From assembly GCA_963825865.1 (NCBI GenBank), contig CAWGVG010000012.1, positions 1 through 64,000 on the forward strand: a stretch of 64,000 bases of DNA. Reading direction: 5' to 3'. This stretch comes from an uncultured Nitrososphaeraceae archaeon (lineage in GTDB: Archaea > Thermoproteota > Nitrososphaeria > Nitrososphaerales > Nitrososphaeraceae). The stretch's first letter is position 1, and each line of letters starts with the position of its first letter. Position numbers and translations under genes: made by a program. This document shows, in pieces, positions 23,027 to 33,125 of the stretch. Below the pieces are notes generated by a model. The model saw nothing but the letters and a program-made list of their open reading frames with translations, had not been told where the DNA came from and searched no databases.

Positions 23027-23671
23027 TCAATATCGATATTTGCCTTGTATTATTACCTTTGCAGGTACAATGAGTATCCAAAAATATTGAGCAATTTGAA
23101 TATCTATAAATGAAATTGCTATTGAACTTGCAAATATTAATGGTGGGGTAATTGCTTGAAGTGATATGGCCCTTATGTGTAAAGGACTCATATTCTTATC
23201 AATTAAAAGTCGATCCTTTGATGCATGCAGCCAAATCAAAGCCAATAATGAGCCTGTGATGCTTATGATAATTGCATATAACAAAAACACAATATGGTAT
23301 AAGGGATAAACTGTCTCAAGAGATGTAGCAAATGATATAAGTGTAATAAAAAATAAAAAGGCTAAATTTACCCATATTAAGATTGAATGAGATGCCCGAA
23401 TATGGTTAAGAATCTGATGATATGAGATCCAATAAATTCCAATTATTAAGAAGCTAATTGCATAAATTTCAAATTGTGGCCGTAAATGTAAAATCTTATT
23501 GATAAGCTCTGCCTGTGTGAGGTCACTTGAAAGATTAGGAATTCTTATCGAAAGAGCCATAAAGGTTATTGAAAAAGCAAATATGGCATCACTAAAGGAA
23601 ATGACATGATCTAACCTTACTCTACTTGACATGCCTTGTACATTATCCAATTTACTATTACTTCTCTGCAT
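23027..23671 (-). CDS. TMEM175-family (DUF1211) potassium channel
   Basis: RLDHVISFSDAIFAFSIT (FSD motif), YWISYH, six hydrophobic helices. Confidence 0.93.
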   Translation of the reverse strand: MQRSNSKLDNVQGMSSRVRLDHVISFSDAIFAFSITFMALSIRIPNLSSDLTQAELINKILHLRPQFEIYAISFLIIGIYWISYHQILNHIRASHSILIWVNLAFLFFITLISFATSLETVYPLYHIVFLLYAIIISITGSLLALIWLHASKDRLLIDKNMSPLHIRAISLQAITPPLIFASSIAISFIDIQIAQYFWILIVPAKVIIQGKYRY

Positions 23672-23689
23672 TTATCTAAAGCTTGGATA

Positions 23690-24805
23690 GGGGTTGTTGC
23701 CTAATTTGATATCGCATATGGTGTCACCTTTATTCCCAGTTTGTTTGCACATTGTAGTCTGTTAAGGACTTCTAGGTTCCAGCCTATTGATTTAATTAAT
23801 CCAAATCTTTTCTGATTGTTCTTTAATCTGAATGTGCAGTATAGCTGATGACTGATGATGTTTAGTTTCTTCAGCTCCAAATATTCCTTCTATCAATCCT
23901 CTATAACGATATATTGATGCATTGAATATCTTTCCAGCCTTCTTTCTGTATTTGTTCTTCTTACTACTGCTATTCTTGTTCTTGGAGTTTTTTCTCTGCT
24001 TGATATTTGGAAGCATGTTCATGTTAAACACTGACTGGAAGTTCTTGTTGCCATCATAAGCTCTGTTACCATTGAATGTTGAACCTGCAAAGTCTAATCT
24101 ATATTTCTTCAATCTGTTTAGCATTGTTCGGAGTACTGGAGAATCGTGTGTTTTCTTACTGGTAAGTCGTGTATTAAGTATTATGAGATGATCAAGTATC
24201 CCTGTGATATGCCATTTCAGATACTGTTTTACCCTTATCTTTTCGAATTTCTTACTACTATTTTTGATAAATCTGTACTTCGTATCCGTACCTGTTTGTC
24301 TCTACACCGGTGCTATCTGATGCGAGAATACCCTTCTTCCAGCCTGATTCTTTCAAACATAGATAAGCTGACCATATTATTACACGTTCAAGATATATCA
24401 GCGGTATCTTCTTGAATGTACGTGATATCCACGTATGATCTGGATATGGCTCGTTATTCCATGGCAAATTAAGAGAGGGTACTATATTCTGTATATCTCT
24501 GTACGTTGAACCGAAAACAACCATCAATATACAAATACAGACAAGTTTTTCCCAAGAATGAATTGGTTTCCTTCCTCTATTACTGTTCTTCTTTGAAGTA
24601 GGAGGAGGATTTTCTTTGACCAGAGAAACTATATTTTCGATAAGCATATCTCGTTCTAGGGTATGTGCTAGATGGTAACACAACCAGTAACCATCTTTCC
24701 TCTTGTGCTTGCAAGTCAATAAGAGGGTGCATACCCTTTCTAAGCTAAATCGAAAACCGTGAAATCATATTTACAGTCAATTAAAACGAATTAGGCAACA
24801 ACCCC
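23690..24805 (-). mobile_element. IS5-family element (IS903-like ends), 1116 bp, transposase frameshifted
   Basis: Perfect 17-bp TIR GGGGTTGTTGCCTAATT; 9-bp TSD GCTTGGATA at 23681-23689 and 24806-24814; DDE motifs ASDSTG, NRAYD, YRYRGLIEGIFG. Confidence 0.95.
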
Positions 24806-25282
24806 GCTTGGATAATACAAAAATAGTATCTCAGATTTAATTTGCTAATTTACAATGAAGTATTGATAATGCAAATTTTACTTAATTTAATTTAGGTATT
24901 TATCTACTATGGCATTGAAAATATCAGCTTCAAAAAACCTCTGATGTAATGTCATATTGATTGAATGACAAAATCACTATAAATGGTTTAGAATAAAAAT
25001 ATAATGATTTATACTGTCTTCTTAATATTCAATAATAAAGCTCTTAGAATGACTTTTATTTGTTAGAAAACAAATAAACTTCTCTCGATAGGAATGCGAT
25101 CGAATAAATTATTACTTTTATTTCCAACAGCATGCTGTAAAAACTTGCTTTTACGATTGGATGATAATTCTGACATTTTGGAAATTAAACTTAACAAACA
25201 TCAATTACCAGTAAGGAATAATGTTCATTTATTCAGTATTTTCTCCAACAGCCTTATATTCTTCAAAAATATTAGAACAATT

Positions 25283-25426
25283 ATGTTAGAAAATATAGCA
25301 TACGTAGGTCTTGGCTTTGCATCAGTCTTCTTTGCATTGGAAACAGCATGGCACTTTACAGCCTGCAAGATACATGACAAATCGATAAAGCCCTGCTTCT
25401 ACAAGCAAATTGGCATATTAAAATAA
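25283..25426 (+). CDS. 47-aa membrane microprotein (copy B)
   Basis: Same protein as 11207-11350. Confidence 0.8.
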   Translation: MLENIAYVGLGFASVFFALETAWHFTACKIHDKSIKPCFYKQIGILK

Positions 25427-25509
25427 AGAGAAGTAATGAAGAATAGGCTATCTACAATAACAAGTATTGGGAGAATTGAAGATAGAAAGAAAGAGAGGTC
25501 TTGGTAATA

Positions 25510-25680
25510 ATGGCAAGTATTGAAAGCAGTAGTAAATCTAGAAGAAGGACAAAATCATTAAAGATGAAAACAACTTCATTAGTAAACAAAGCGTCTAAAA
25601 TATCATCCTCAATAGCTATTGAAGTACAAACGTTCATAACTCATGATGGTTTTGGTTACTTCTCAACTACTAATGATTAA
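25510..25680 (+). CDS. 56-aa basic microprotein (copy B)
   Basis: MASIESSSKSRRRTKSLKMKTTSL...THDGFGYFSTTND. Confidence 0.65.
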   Translation: MASIESSSKSRRRTKSLKMKTTSLVNKASKISSSIAIEVQTFITHDGFGYFSTTND

Positions 25681-26039
25681 ATATAGAACTTCGATGTCAT
25701 AGTAACTTCTTAGTATTGCTTTACGAATTAGATATACATTAACAGCCACTTAAGACATCATTCAAGTTTATGTATATTGTACTATTACTTTTTAGGTTTT
25801 AGATGGATTACAATCGCTTTGAACCATTATTTTTGCTGTCTGCGTATATAATGAAGCAAGTAATTCCAAATATAGCTTGTGGTTGTGTTGTGTTACAATG
25901 TAGACAAATGTACACAATGAACTAATGAGTTTCTTATGTGTAACAGTATAAGAGGTAAGTAGATGCAAAAATATGAGTAATAATAATAAAAATAACCATC
26001 AAATTCATAATAATTATTTGATTTGGCTGTTCACTATAC

Positions 26040-26330
26040 ATGGGTATTGGATTTGTTATTTCATTTATCTTACCATTTCCTTTATCTCTTGCTGCTTCAT
26101 TGCTTGTATTCTTACTAGTAAATGCAGTTAGAGCAGATATTGCTTTGAGAAGACAGGGTATAGGCGGAATCAAAGGATTATACAAATCTCTAACTTCATT
26201 TGGTAAGAGCAACGACAGCAATAGCAGATTTGGGTACACTCAAACTAAATTCTATTGTATGAGTTGTGGATATGAACATAGAGAATATGAGTGTCCTAAA
26301 TGTGGCTCAAAGGCTGTAAAAGTTGGATAG
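26040..26330 (+). CDS. small membrane protein with C-terminal Zn ribbon
   Basis: Hydrophobic N-terminus; YCMSCG...ECPKCGS; true start may be upstream. Confidence 0.75.
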   Translation: MGIGFVISFILPFPLSLAASLLVFLLVNAVRADIALRRQGIGGIKGLYKSLTSFGKSNDSNSRFGYTQTKFYCMSCGYEHREYECPKCGSKAVKVG

Positions 26331-26653
26331 TGGTGAAAAATAACAACCACCGAATTTTTTGATTTGTTTAAGAATAAATTTCAATCATTAAGCGCAGGCG
26401 AATACACGCGATCATGCATGGGGAACAGAATACAATGGATTTCTATTATTTGAAGCAGACAGCAGTGATTCATTTTTGGATTGGTGGTCAAGCTTTAAAG
26501 ATAAGGTTAGATGGCATGTAGAGCAAACACACACCATAACTGCTAGAAGACACTAATCTTTTTCTTCTTCGGTTGGTTCTTTAATTGATCTAGTTACCAT
26601 CGTAGGACTAGTGGATGTCAATTGATTAATGGGATTTGGTTCTATAGCGGCTG

Positions 26654-27130
26654 CTACTGTTTGTTGCTACTGTTTGTTGCTGCCTCTTTGCGATACAGCT
26701 TAGAAGTAGTAGTACTGCTGTTATCGACACTAGAAGTAATAGTGTCAGCAGTCAAATCACAAAAATCTTCATCTCTGAGCAAAGAAGATTTAACTCCTAC
26801 TTCTTTATTCAAATATATTGAATATCCTAACAGGTTTTCATTATTATCTATTTCTTCTAAATATGCAAAATCCTTTTCACAATTTATATTAAGATTTTCT
26901 TTGCTTTTTTTCTCAAAATAGTTACACTTGACATATTCTATAGCATCGTGCCAAGTATAGGCCTTTATCCTATCTGTTGGTTGACCACCTTTACCAAATC
27001 GGCTGTTACTATTATTATTATCAATGCGATATTTGAAAACCTCAAAATATTCAGCTACCTTGATGCAATTATTACAGTAAACATTTTTTCCATTCTTACT
27101 ACAATTTTCACATTGCTGTTCTATAACCAT
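26654..27130 (-). CDS. hypothetical protein with N-terminal CxxC...CxxC
   Basis: CENC...CNNC, 158 aa. Confidence 0.65.
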   Translation of the reverse strand: MVIEQQCENCSKNGKNVYCNNCIKVAEYFEVFKYRIDNNNSNSRFGKGGQPTDRIKAYTWHDAIEYVKCNYFEKKSKENLNINCEKDFAYLEEIDNNENLLGYSIYLNKEVGVKSSLLRDEDFCDLTADTITSSVDNSSTTTSKLYRKEAATNSSNKQ

Positions 27131-27362
27131 TATTAGCAGCAGCTTACTATTGCTTCCCTCACATAGTTATCTCTTTCTAATTTATTAAATAATAGTCAAA
27201 ATTGACTGAAATCCAATGGATTACTCAATCAACTAAGCTTCCAAAGGCATATTGGAATCTCATGGCGGTAAGGGATGCGCGCAAAGCAATACTGATCCTA
27301 GAGATGCTAAAACATTTTCATTTACAATATTATAAAATGGTGGTTTAGAAAAATGCACTGTA

Positions 27363-27473
27363 TTATTTGTCTTTACTGCTTCTTTGACTGCAGTTTGGGT
27401 CTGCTTCTTCCCAACTTTTATCAGAACTACCAACAAGCTCAACAATCTCTCCAATGGTTGAAGCTGAGGACAT
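27363..27473 (-). pseudogene. dodecin, 5' part
   Basis: MSSASTIGEIVELVGSSDKSWEEA, frameshift, then QTAVKEAVKT; truncated. Confidence 0.8.
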
Positions 27474-27563
27474 ATGTGTCAGAATAAATCGCTGTAGTGT
27501 AGCGAATGTTTCATACATATTTTTTACCAAAGTTGATACATTTATCATATTAATTTTATATTA

Positions 27564-28426
27564 GTGGATATTCTTTTTTTTAGAAACTATACACAAAACG
27601 AAAAGATTAAAATATTTCACGGTATTGAAGATGTAATAAATACAGAATTACAATTTTTCTCTAATGCAAATAACAGAATTGATACTTGTATGAATTATAC
27701 AAGGCCTCAGTTAGCAGTTGCACTTGATCCAATAAGGCATGCATTTGTTCATGCTAAGCATAGAGGCGTAAGGCTAAGGTATCTTACTGAAATTACAATT
27801 GAAAATATTTCTTTTTGTAAACAGCTGCTGTCCACTGTTAGTGAGATAAGACATCTAGATGGAATTAGAGGGAATTTTATGATAAGTGAATCAGAGTATC
27901 TTGCTCCTGCAGTTTTATTTGAGAAAGGGAAAGTCGCAGCTCGGATTATTTATAGCAATGTAAAGGAACTTGTAAAAGAACATGAGTATGTATTTGACAC
28001 CCTTTGGAGCAAGGCAATTTCAGCTGAACAGAGAATAAAAGAAATTGAAGAAGGAATAATACCTATCAAAACTAGGCTCTTAGAAAATCAAGACGAGATA
28101 ATCAGAGAAATAAAACGCAAAAACAATGCTGCTAACAAACTATCAATATGTACAGCAATCGGATTACCATTACTATAGCAGCAGAAGAAGAAAAGGTGGA
28201 TTACAATGGGGTACTAGTGAGTATTAAAGATACAGGGGCAGGAATAGATCCTGATATATTGCCTAGGTTGTTTACAAAGTTTGCTACAAAATCAGTTGCA
28301 GGTACCGGCTTAGGCTTGTTTATTTCCAAAGCCATTGTGGAAGCTCATGGGGGAAAGATTTGGGCTGAGAATAATGCTGATGGAAAAGGATCTACATTTT
28401 ACTTTAGCCTACCGTTAATCAAGTAG
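27564..28426 (+). pseudogene. internally deleted paralogue of the 12662 histidine kinase
   Basis: First about 200 aa closely match the 12662 kinase, then the sequence jumps at about 28165 to the HATPase end; H-box absent. Confidence 0.92.
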
Positions 28427-28592
28427 ATATTTAATACAGATTAAACTAAAGCCTAACTTTTTCGGTTTATAAATCGTAATAATTAACGTGGATGACAAAA
28501 TGGGTCAAATTTGTTCTGCAATAGAATAAATCCAATTGAGTCACAAAAAAACCTTGCTTATATACTTGCATCTATCTTATTCCATATAACCT

Positions 28593-30314
28593 TTGACACT
28601 CTCCGCTTCTAATAAAATCGCTGAAAGAACAGAGGTAATATACGGTTCAGAAAGTGTAATGAATACCATGATGCAATTCTTATCCAAAGCAAACACTATA
28701 AACTCTTGTGGTGACTATAAGGCTCCTTCAGCAAACATTCAAGTCGAAGAGTATAGGAAACTACTTTTTGACCTTAAAAAAAGAGGCATTAAATTAAGAT
28801 ACATTACAGATATTACTAAAGATAATGTCAAGTACTGCAAAGAGCTGATGAGTGACTTTACATATGAGATTAGACACTTGGATGGAATTAAAGCAAACTT
28901 TTCTGTTAGTGAAACAGAATATTTGGCTTCTGCGACTCTAGTAGAAGAAGAATCAGAACAGCCAATGAGACCAATACAACAAGTAATCCATAGTAATGTT
29001 AAGGATATTGTAGAACAACAGAAGTATGTATTTGAGAGCTTTTGGAGTAAGGCAATTCCGGCCGAAAGCAGAATCAAGGAGATAGAAGAAGGATTTATTT
29101 TGGGAAGTACGGAAGTTATCCAAATTCCATCAAGGACAAAAGAATTATTCATTGATTTAATAAAATCAGCTAAAGAAGAAGTACTACTATTACTTCCTAC
29201 AATTAATGCATTTCTTCGTGAAGATCGCATAGGGATGATACAATCCTTAAGAGAAGCGGCAGTGGGGCGTGGCGTAAATGTTAGGATTCTAACTCCAATT
29301 AATAATATGATTCAGAAAATAATACAAAATATAATGGTAGATCAAGCAAACAATCTTTTTGATATACGAGCTATTGAAACAACATCACCTGAAATTGCAG
29401 TAGTAGGTACAGTCACCATACTTGTAGTTGATAAAAAACAATCCTTAGCAATAGAAAAAGTAGATGATTCAAAGGAGGATTTTATAGACGCAATAGGATT
29501 AGCAACTTATTCTACAAGCAAACCGACTGTTTTATCATATATTTCAATCTTTGAGAGTTTGTCAAAGCAAGTAAAATTATATGAACAACTAAAAACTCAT
29601 GGCAAAATGCAAGAGGAGTTTATTAACGTTGCAAGTCACGAACTAAGAACGCCCACCCAAAGTGTTATAGCATATTCTGAGCTATTACGACGACACCCTG
29701 AAAGAAGAGATGAAATGATACAAGCGATATGTAGAAATGCTGAAAGACTTCAAAGGCTCACCAATGATATATTGGACGTCACAAGGATCGAAAGCAAGAC
29801 ATTAACACTAAACAAAGAGAAATTCAATTTAAGTGATTTGTTATCAAATATTGTACAAGATTATAAGAATGGTATTGAAAAGAGCAATGGCAATGTAAGG
29901 TTGTTGTATAATCAACCCAATAAAGATTCTTTTATAGTAGAAGTCGATAGAGAAAGGATAACTCAAGTAATCTCCAACCTTCTAAATAATGCTGTTAAAT
30001 TTACTGAGCAAACAAGGGGAGATGTATATGTCGCTGCTGAAGAAAAGGAAAAAGCTGATCAAGAAATAGTTGTTGTTACAATAAAAGATACAGGTATTGG
30101 TATAGATCCTGAAATATTACCTAGACTTTTTACCAAATTTGCTACAAAGTCTCAAGCAGGTACAGGGCTTGGATTATTTATTTGCAAGAGTATAATAGAA
30201 GCACACGGTGGCAAAATATGGGCTGAGAATAACAAAAATGGCGAAGGAGGAGCTACTTTTGCATTTAGCCTACCACTCAGCAAACAACAACAACAGACTT
30301 ATCTTATCAGATAA
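28593..30314 (+). CDS. cytoplasmic sensor histidine kinase
   Basis: ASHELRTP, NAVKF, DTGIGID, GTGLGL; two N-terminal TrmB/PLD-like domains. Confidence 0.95.
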   Translation: MTLSASNKIAERTEVIYGSESVMNTMMQFLSKANTINSCGDYKAPSANIQVEEYRKLLFDLKKRGIKLRYITDITKDNVKYCKELMSDFTYEIRHLDGIKANFSVSETEYLASATLVEEESEQPMRPIQQVIHSNVKDIVEQQKYVFESFWSKAIPAESRIKEIEEGFILGSTEVIQIPSRTKELFIDLIKSAKEEVLLLLPTINAFLREDRIGMIQSLREAAVGRGVNVRILTPINNMIQKIIQNIMVDQANNLFDIRAIETTSPEIAVVGTVTILVVDKKQSLAIEKVDDSKEDFIDAIGLATYSTSKPTVLSYISIFESLSKQVKLYEQLKTHGKMQEEFINVASHELRTPTQSVIAYSELLRRHPERRDEMIQAICRNAERLQRLTNDILDVTRIESKTLTLNKEKFNLSDLLSNIVQDYKNGIEKSNGNVRLLYNQPNKDSFIVEVDRERITQVISNLLNNAVKFTEQTRGDVYVAAEEKEKADQEIVVVTIKDTGIGIDPEILPRLFTKFATKSQAGTGLGLFICKSIIEAHGGKIWAENNKNGEGGATFAFSLPLSKQQQQTYLIR

Positions 30315-30335
30315 CAAGGTAGATAGCACAGATCA

Positions 30336-30764
30336 ATGATGAATAAGAAGAATAATAATAGAATTTTACTTGTAGATGATGAGCCCGATATCGCTTTAGC
30401 TTTCAAGATTGGCTTAGAAGATAATGGGTTTGTAGTTGATGCTTTTAACGATCCTGAGTTAGCGTCAGCAAATTTTAAAGATGGTTTATACGACCTGTTA
30501 CTTCTTGACATTAAGATGCCAAAAATGAATGGAATTGAATTTTATCAACGAATGAAGGAAATAGATAAAAAAGTTAAGGTCTGTTTTATTACAGCTTCTG
30601 AAATACATTATTATGAAAAGATTACAAAAGAATTACTCCCCACGCTAGGTGCTAGACGTCTTATCAGAAAACCAATTAAAATAGAGGATTTAGTAAAAGA
30701 TCTAAAGCAAGTACTAGAATTCGTTAATGACAATAATAATAATGACCACAATAACTATAATTAG
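30336..30764 (+). CDS. stand-alone response regulator
   Basis: LLVDDEPD, LDIKMPKMNG, FITA, RKP. Confidence 0.95.
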   Translation: MMNKKNNNRILLVDDEPDIALAFKIGLEDNGFVVDAFNDPELASANFKDGLYDLLLLDIKMPKMNGIEFYQRMKEIDKKVKVCFITASEIHYYEKITKELLPTLGARRLIRKPIKIEDLVKDLKQVLEFVNDNNNNDHNNYN

Positions 30765-30811
30765 AGTTATACTCAGCACAACAATCATGCAGCTACTATT
30801 TTTGGCAAGAA

Positions 30812-31195
30812 ATGAACAATAATAAGAAAATATTGCTTGTAGATGATGAACCGGATATTACTTTGCCTTTTAGCATAGTGTTGGAAGATAATGGGTTTGT
30901 AGTTGATGCTTTTAATGATCCTCTCCTAGCGCTGTCATCTTTAAAGCAGGGATTGTATGTTTTGGCACTTCTTGATATTAAGATGCCAAAAATGAACGGC
31001 TTTGATTTATATAGTAAAATAAGAAAATTGGATGATAAAGTTAAGGTCTGTTTTATGACGGCATTTGATATCAAAAAGGAAGACATAGAAGCAGGAATAC
31101 CAACCTTAAATGAAGAAAAAAATCCTACTGTTTTTAGAAAACCGATTAAATTAGAAGATTTAGTATCAGGAGTGAAAGCAGAGATAGATAATTGA
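30812..31195 (+). CDS. stand-alone response regulator
   Basis: LLVDDEPD, LDIKMPKMNG, FMTA, RKP. Confidence 0.95.
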   Translation: MNNNKKILLVDDEPDITLPFSIVLEDNGFVVDAFNDPLLALSSLKQGLYVLALLDIKMPKMNGFDLYSKIRKLDDKVKVCFMTAFDIKKEDIEAGIPTLNEEKNPTVFRKPIKLEDLVSGVKAEIDN

Positions 31196-31439
31196 CTACT
31201 TCATTCTAGATACCTATCCAATAATAACCCAACAGCTACATCCACAATTTGTTGCTTATATACTAGGCTATAATAGTAGAAACTGCATATTGAGTAAATT
31301 CAGAGAGGATTACAAGAGATCACAATATTTTCTCAATCTAGTATAGTATCGTTATTATTACCTATTTTTCGGAACTGATGAAGATGTTTTTTCTATGGTA
31401 GCTGCTGTCGTTGCATTATGGTCTTGTGCTTTAACTGAG

Positions 31440-31525
31440 GGCACCGTCGTCCATCTTCTTACTGAATTTAGTGTTTCAGCGCTATCAAAAGTTCTGCCAC
31501 ATATATCACAACTATGTTCCTTGAC
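31440..31525 (-). pseudogene. C2H2 zinc-finger protein remnant
   Basis: KEHSCDICGRTFDSAETLNS, frame broken at the His position. Confidence 0.55.
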
Positions 31526-31685
31526 AGAACGCTTGGTAGCTATTCTTAATTATTAGTATATACAAGGTATAATTAAGAATTAATCTACCTAAACACAGCG
31601 CGCAAATATTTCAAGTACAAAAAAAGGCTTGTAGGTGGCCTTCTGATTCAAGAATAGATATATTGCATTACGGTAATATATAGAC

Positions 31686-31976
31686 ATGGCTCAAACGCTT
31701 TGCATCAAATGTGGTTCAGAGACCAAAGTATCTTCATATTGTCACCTTTGCCAAGAGCCTTTAATTTTTGCATGCTCTTCTTGTGAGTATATTACTGAAG
31801 AAAAAGTTCATAGCGATTGCAGGAATGCGGAAATGCTAGCAAAAACAGCAACAACAACACAAGATAGTGCTCCGGCTAATGCTCTACAACGCCCACTTCT
31901 ACAACAGGAGATCAAAAAGAGCGTATTGTTGATAAACCAAAGGAAGAGACGGTTAAAGCAGAGCCACCTTATATGA
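31686..31976 (+). CDS. small double Zn-finger protein
   Basis: CIKC...CHLC...CSSC...HSDC. Confidence 0.75.
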   Translation: MAQTLCIKCGSETKVSSYCHLCQEPLIFACSSCEYITEEKVHSDCRNAEMLAKTATTTQDSAPANALQRPLLQQEIKKSVLLINQRKRRLKQSHLI

Positions 31977-32191
31977 CAACGAAACAAGATAATAAAAATT
32001 TCAACAATCCATTTATCGTAGGCACAGCTGTTTGGCAAACTTCAGTGACGTATTGGCTTAATGCTTATGGGGAGTTCCTTAAAAATGCACCAAAAATGAC
32101 TCAGGATTGGTATGACATATTTTGGAAGCCTTGGTTAAATTGGATGCCGCAGCGACAACAGCAAGACAAAGACAAGGTAAAGATGGAATAA
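31973..32191 (+). CDS. small Trp-rich hypothetical protein
   Basis: ATGA overlap with the upstream ORF; 72 aa. Confidence 0.65.
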   Translation: MTTKQDNKNFNNPFIVGTAVWQTSVTYWLNAYGEFLKNAPKMTQDWYDIFWKPWLNWMPQRQQQDKDKVKME

Positions 32192-32489
32192 CAATAAATT
32201 TAATAGAATAAGGTCTGATTAACGAAGTTTCTCTTTTGTTTAAAATTGTATATGCAGTCTGAGAGAAAGAGTCATTACATAACCTTAACTATGCCGCCAA
32301 CATACAGTTTGCATAGGTAAGAAGAATACTCATGAAAAACAATAATGCTAAAGAAGATAACAATATTGACCGATTATTATTATTAGATTCCAATCGTACA
32401 GAAACCGTAGCTACATTGGTTAGAGGATGCTTAATTACGGCCCATAGCAAGAACGTATATTGTATGCAATATAAGGAAGGAAGAAGTCA

Positions 32490-32785
32490 CAAGATCCTAT
32501 GTGGGGTTCCTGTATGCCTTAAAAGCACCTGAAACAAGGAGACAATACCCCAAAGGCTGAAGGTATTCTTAGATTACCTCAAACTTGAAGGCCCGATTGA
32601 CCAGCAGGCAATTGAGTTTTTAGCAAAAGCAAAACAAAATGTGGAATTGGCCCAAAATACTTTGATGCAGCTTATAGCTTATCAAAAGGAGACCGAAAAA
32701 TGTTGAAATAGCGTATTTAACAATTGGTAATTATTACAAAGCAACAAAATTATTTGTAGAAATGAACACCGATACACCCTTAATC
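32490..32785 (+). pseudogene. tyrosine integrase N-terminal remnant
   Basis: ALKAPETRRQYP..LKVFLDYLKLEG..QQAIEFL...NYYKATKLFVEMN parallels RNYVKSIKLFCEMN of the 38314 integrase. Confidence 0.75.
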
Positions 32786-33056
32786 CTACCATACCTAGTG
32801 AATAAATTGTGTACAATCATAAATGGTCCATATCTATAATTGGAACTACCATTATTGTTAAAATTGTAATGCTGCCGCTGATCTGTAACGACGTTTGGTA
32901 AAGCTTTCGAATGCTGATGAAATAAATGAGCATTATCAAATATCAATACAATTACCTTATCTTGACATAAGACGGTTTATCTTTGGAGATGGCAAAGAGG
33001 AAGAGTGGTGCACATGGGCAATTAACAGTACAGTTGAATTCATTACTATCGCTCAT
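32785..33056 (-). pseudogene. degenerate copy of the 4528-4773 Zn-ribbon gene
   Basis: KALPNVVTDQRQHYNFNNN matches KALPNVVEDQRQRYYNINNN; the 3' flank is also shared. Confidence 0.75.
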
Positions 33057-33125
33057 GAACTATTTAGTGTCTGTTTAAATATAGTGAATTATTGTTTAAA
33101 TATTGTATGGAATCATGAGTTCTAA

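Noticed and set aside
25094-25282. 110-aa N-terminally extended version of the microprotein ORF
   Set aside because: The frame is not preserved in copy A, so the 47-aa start is preferred
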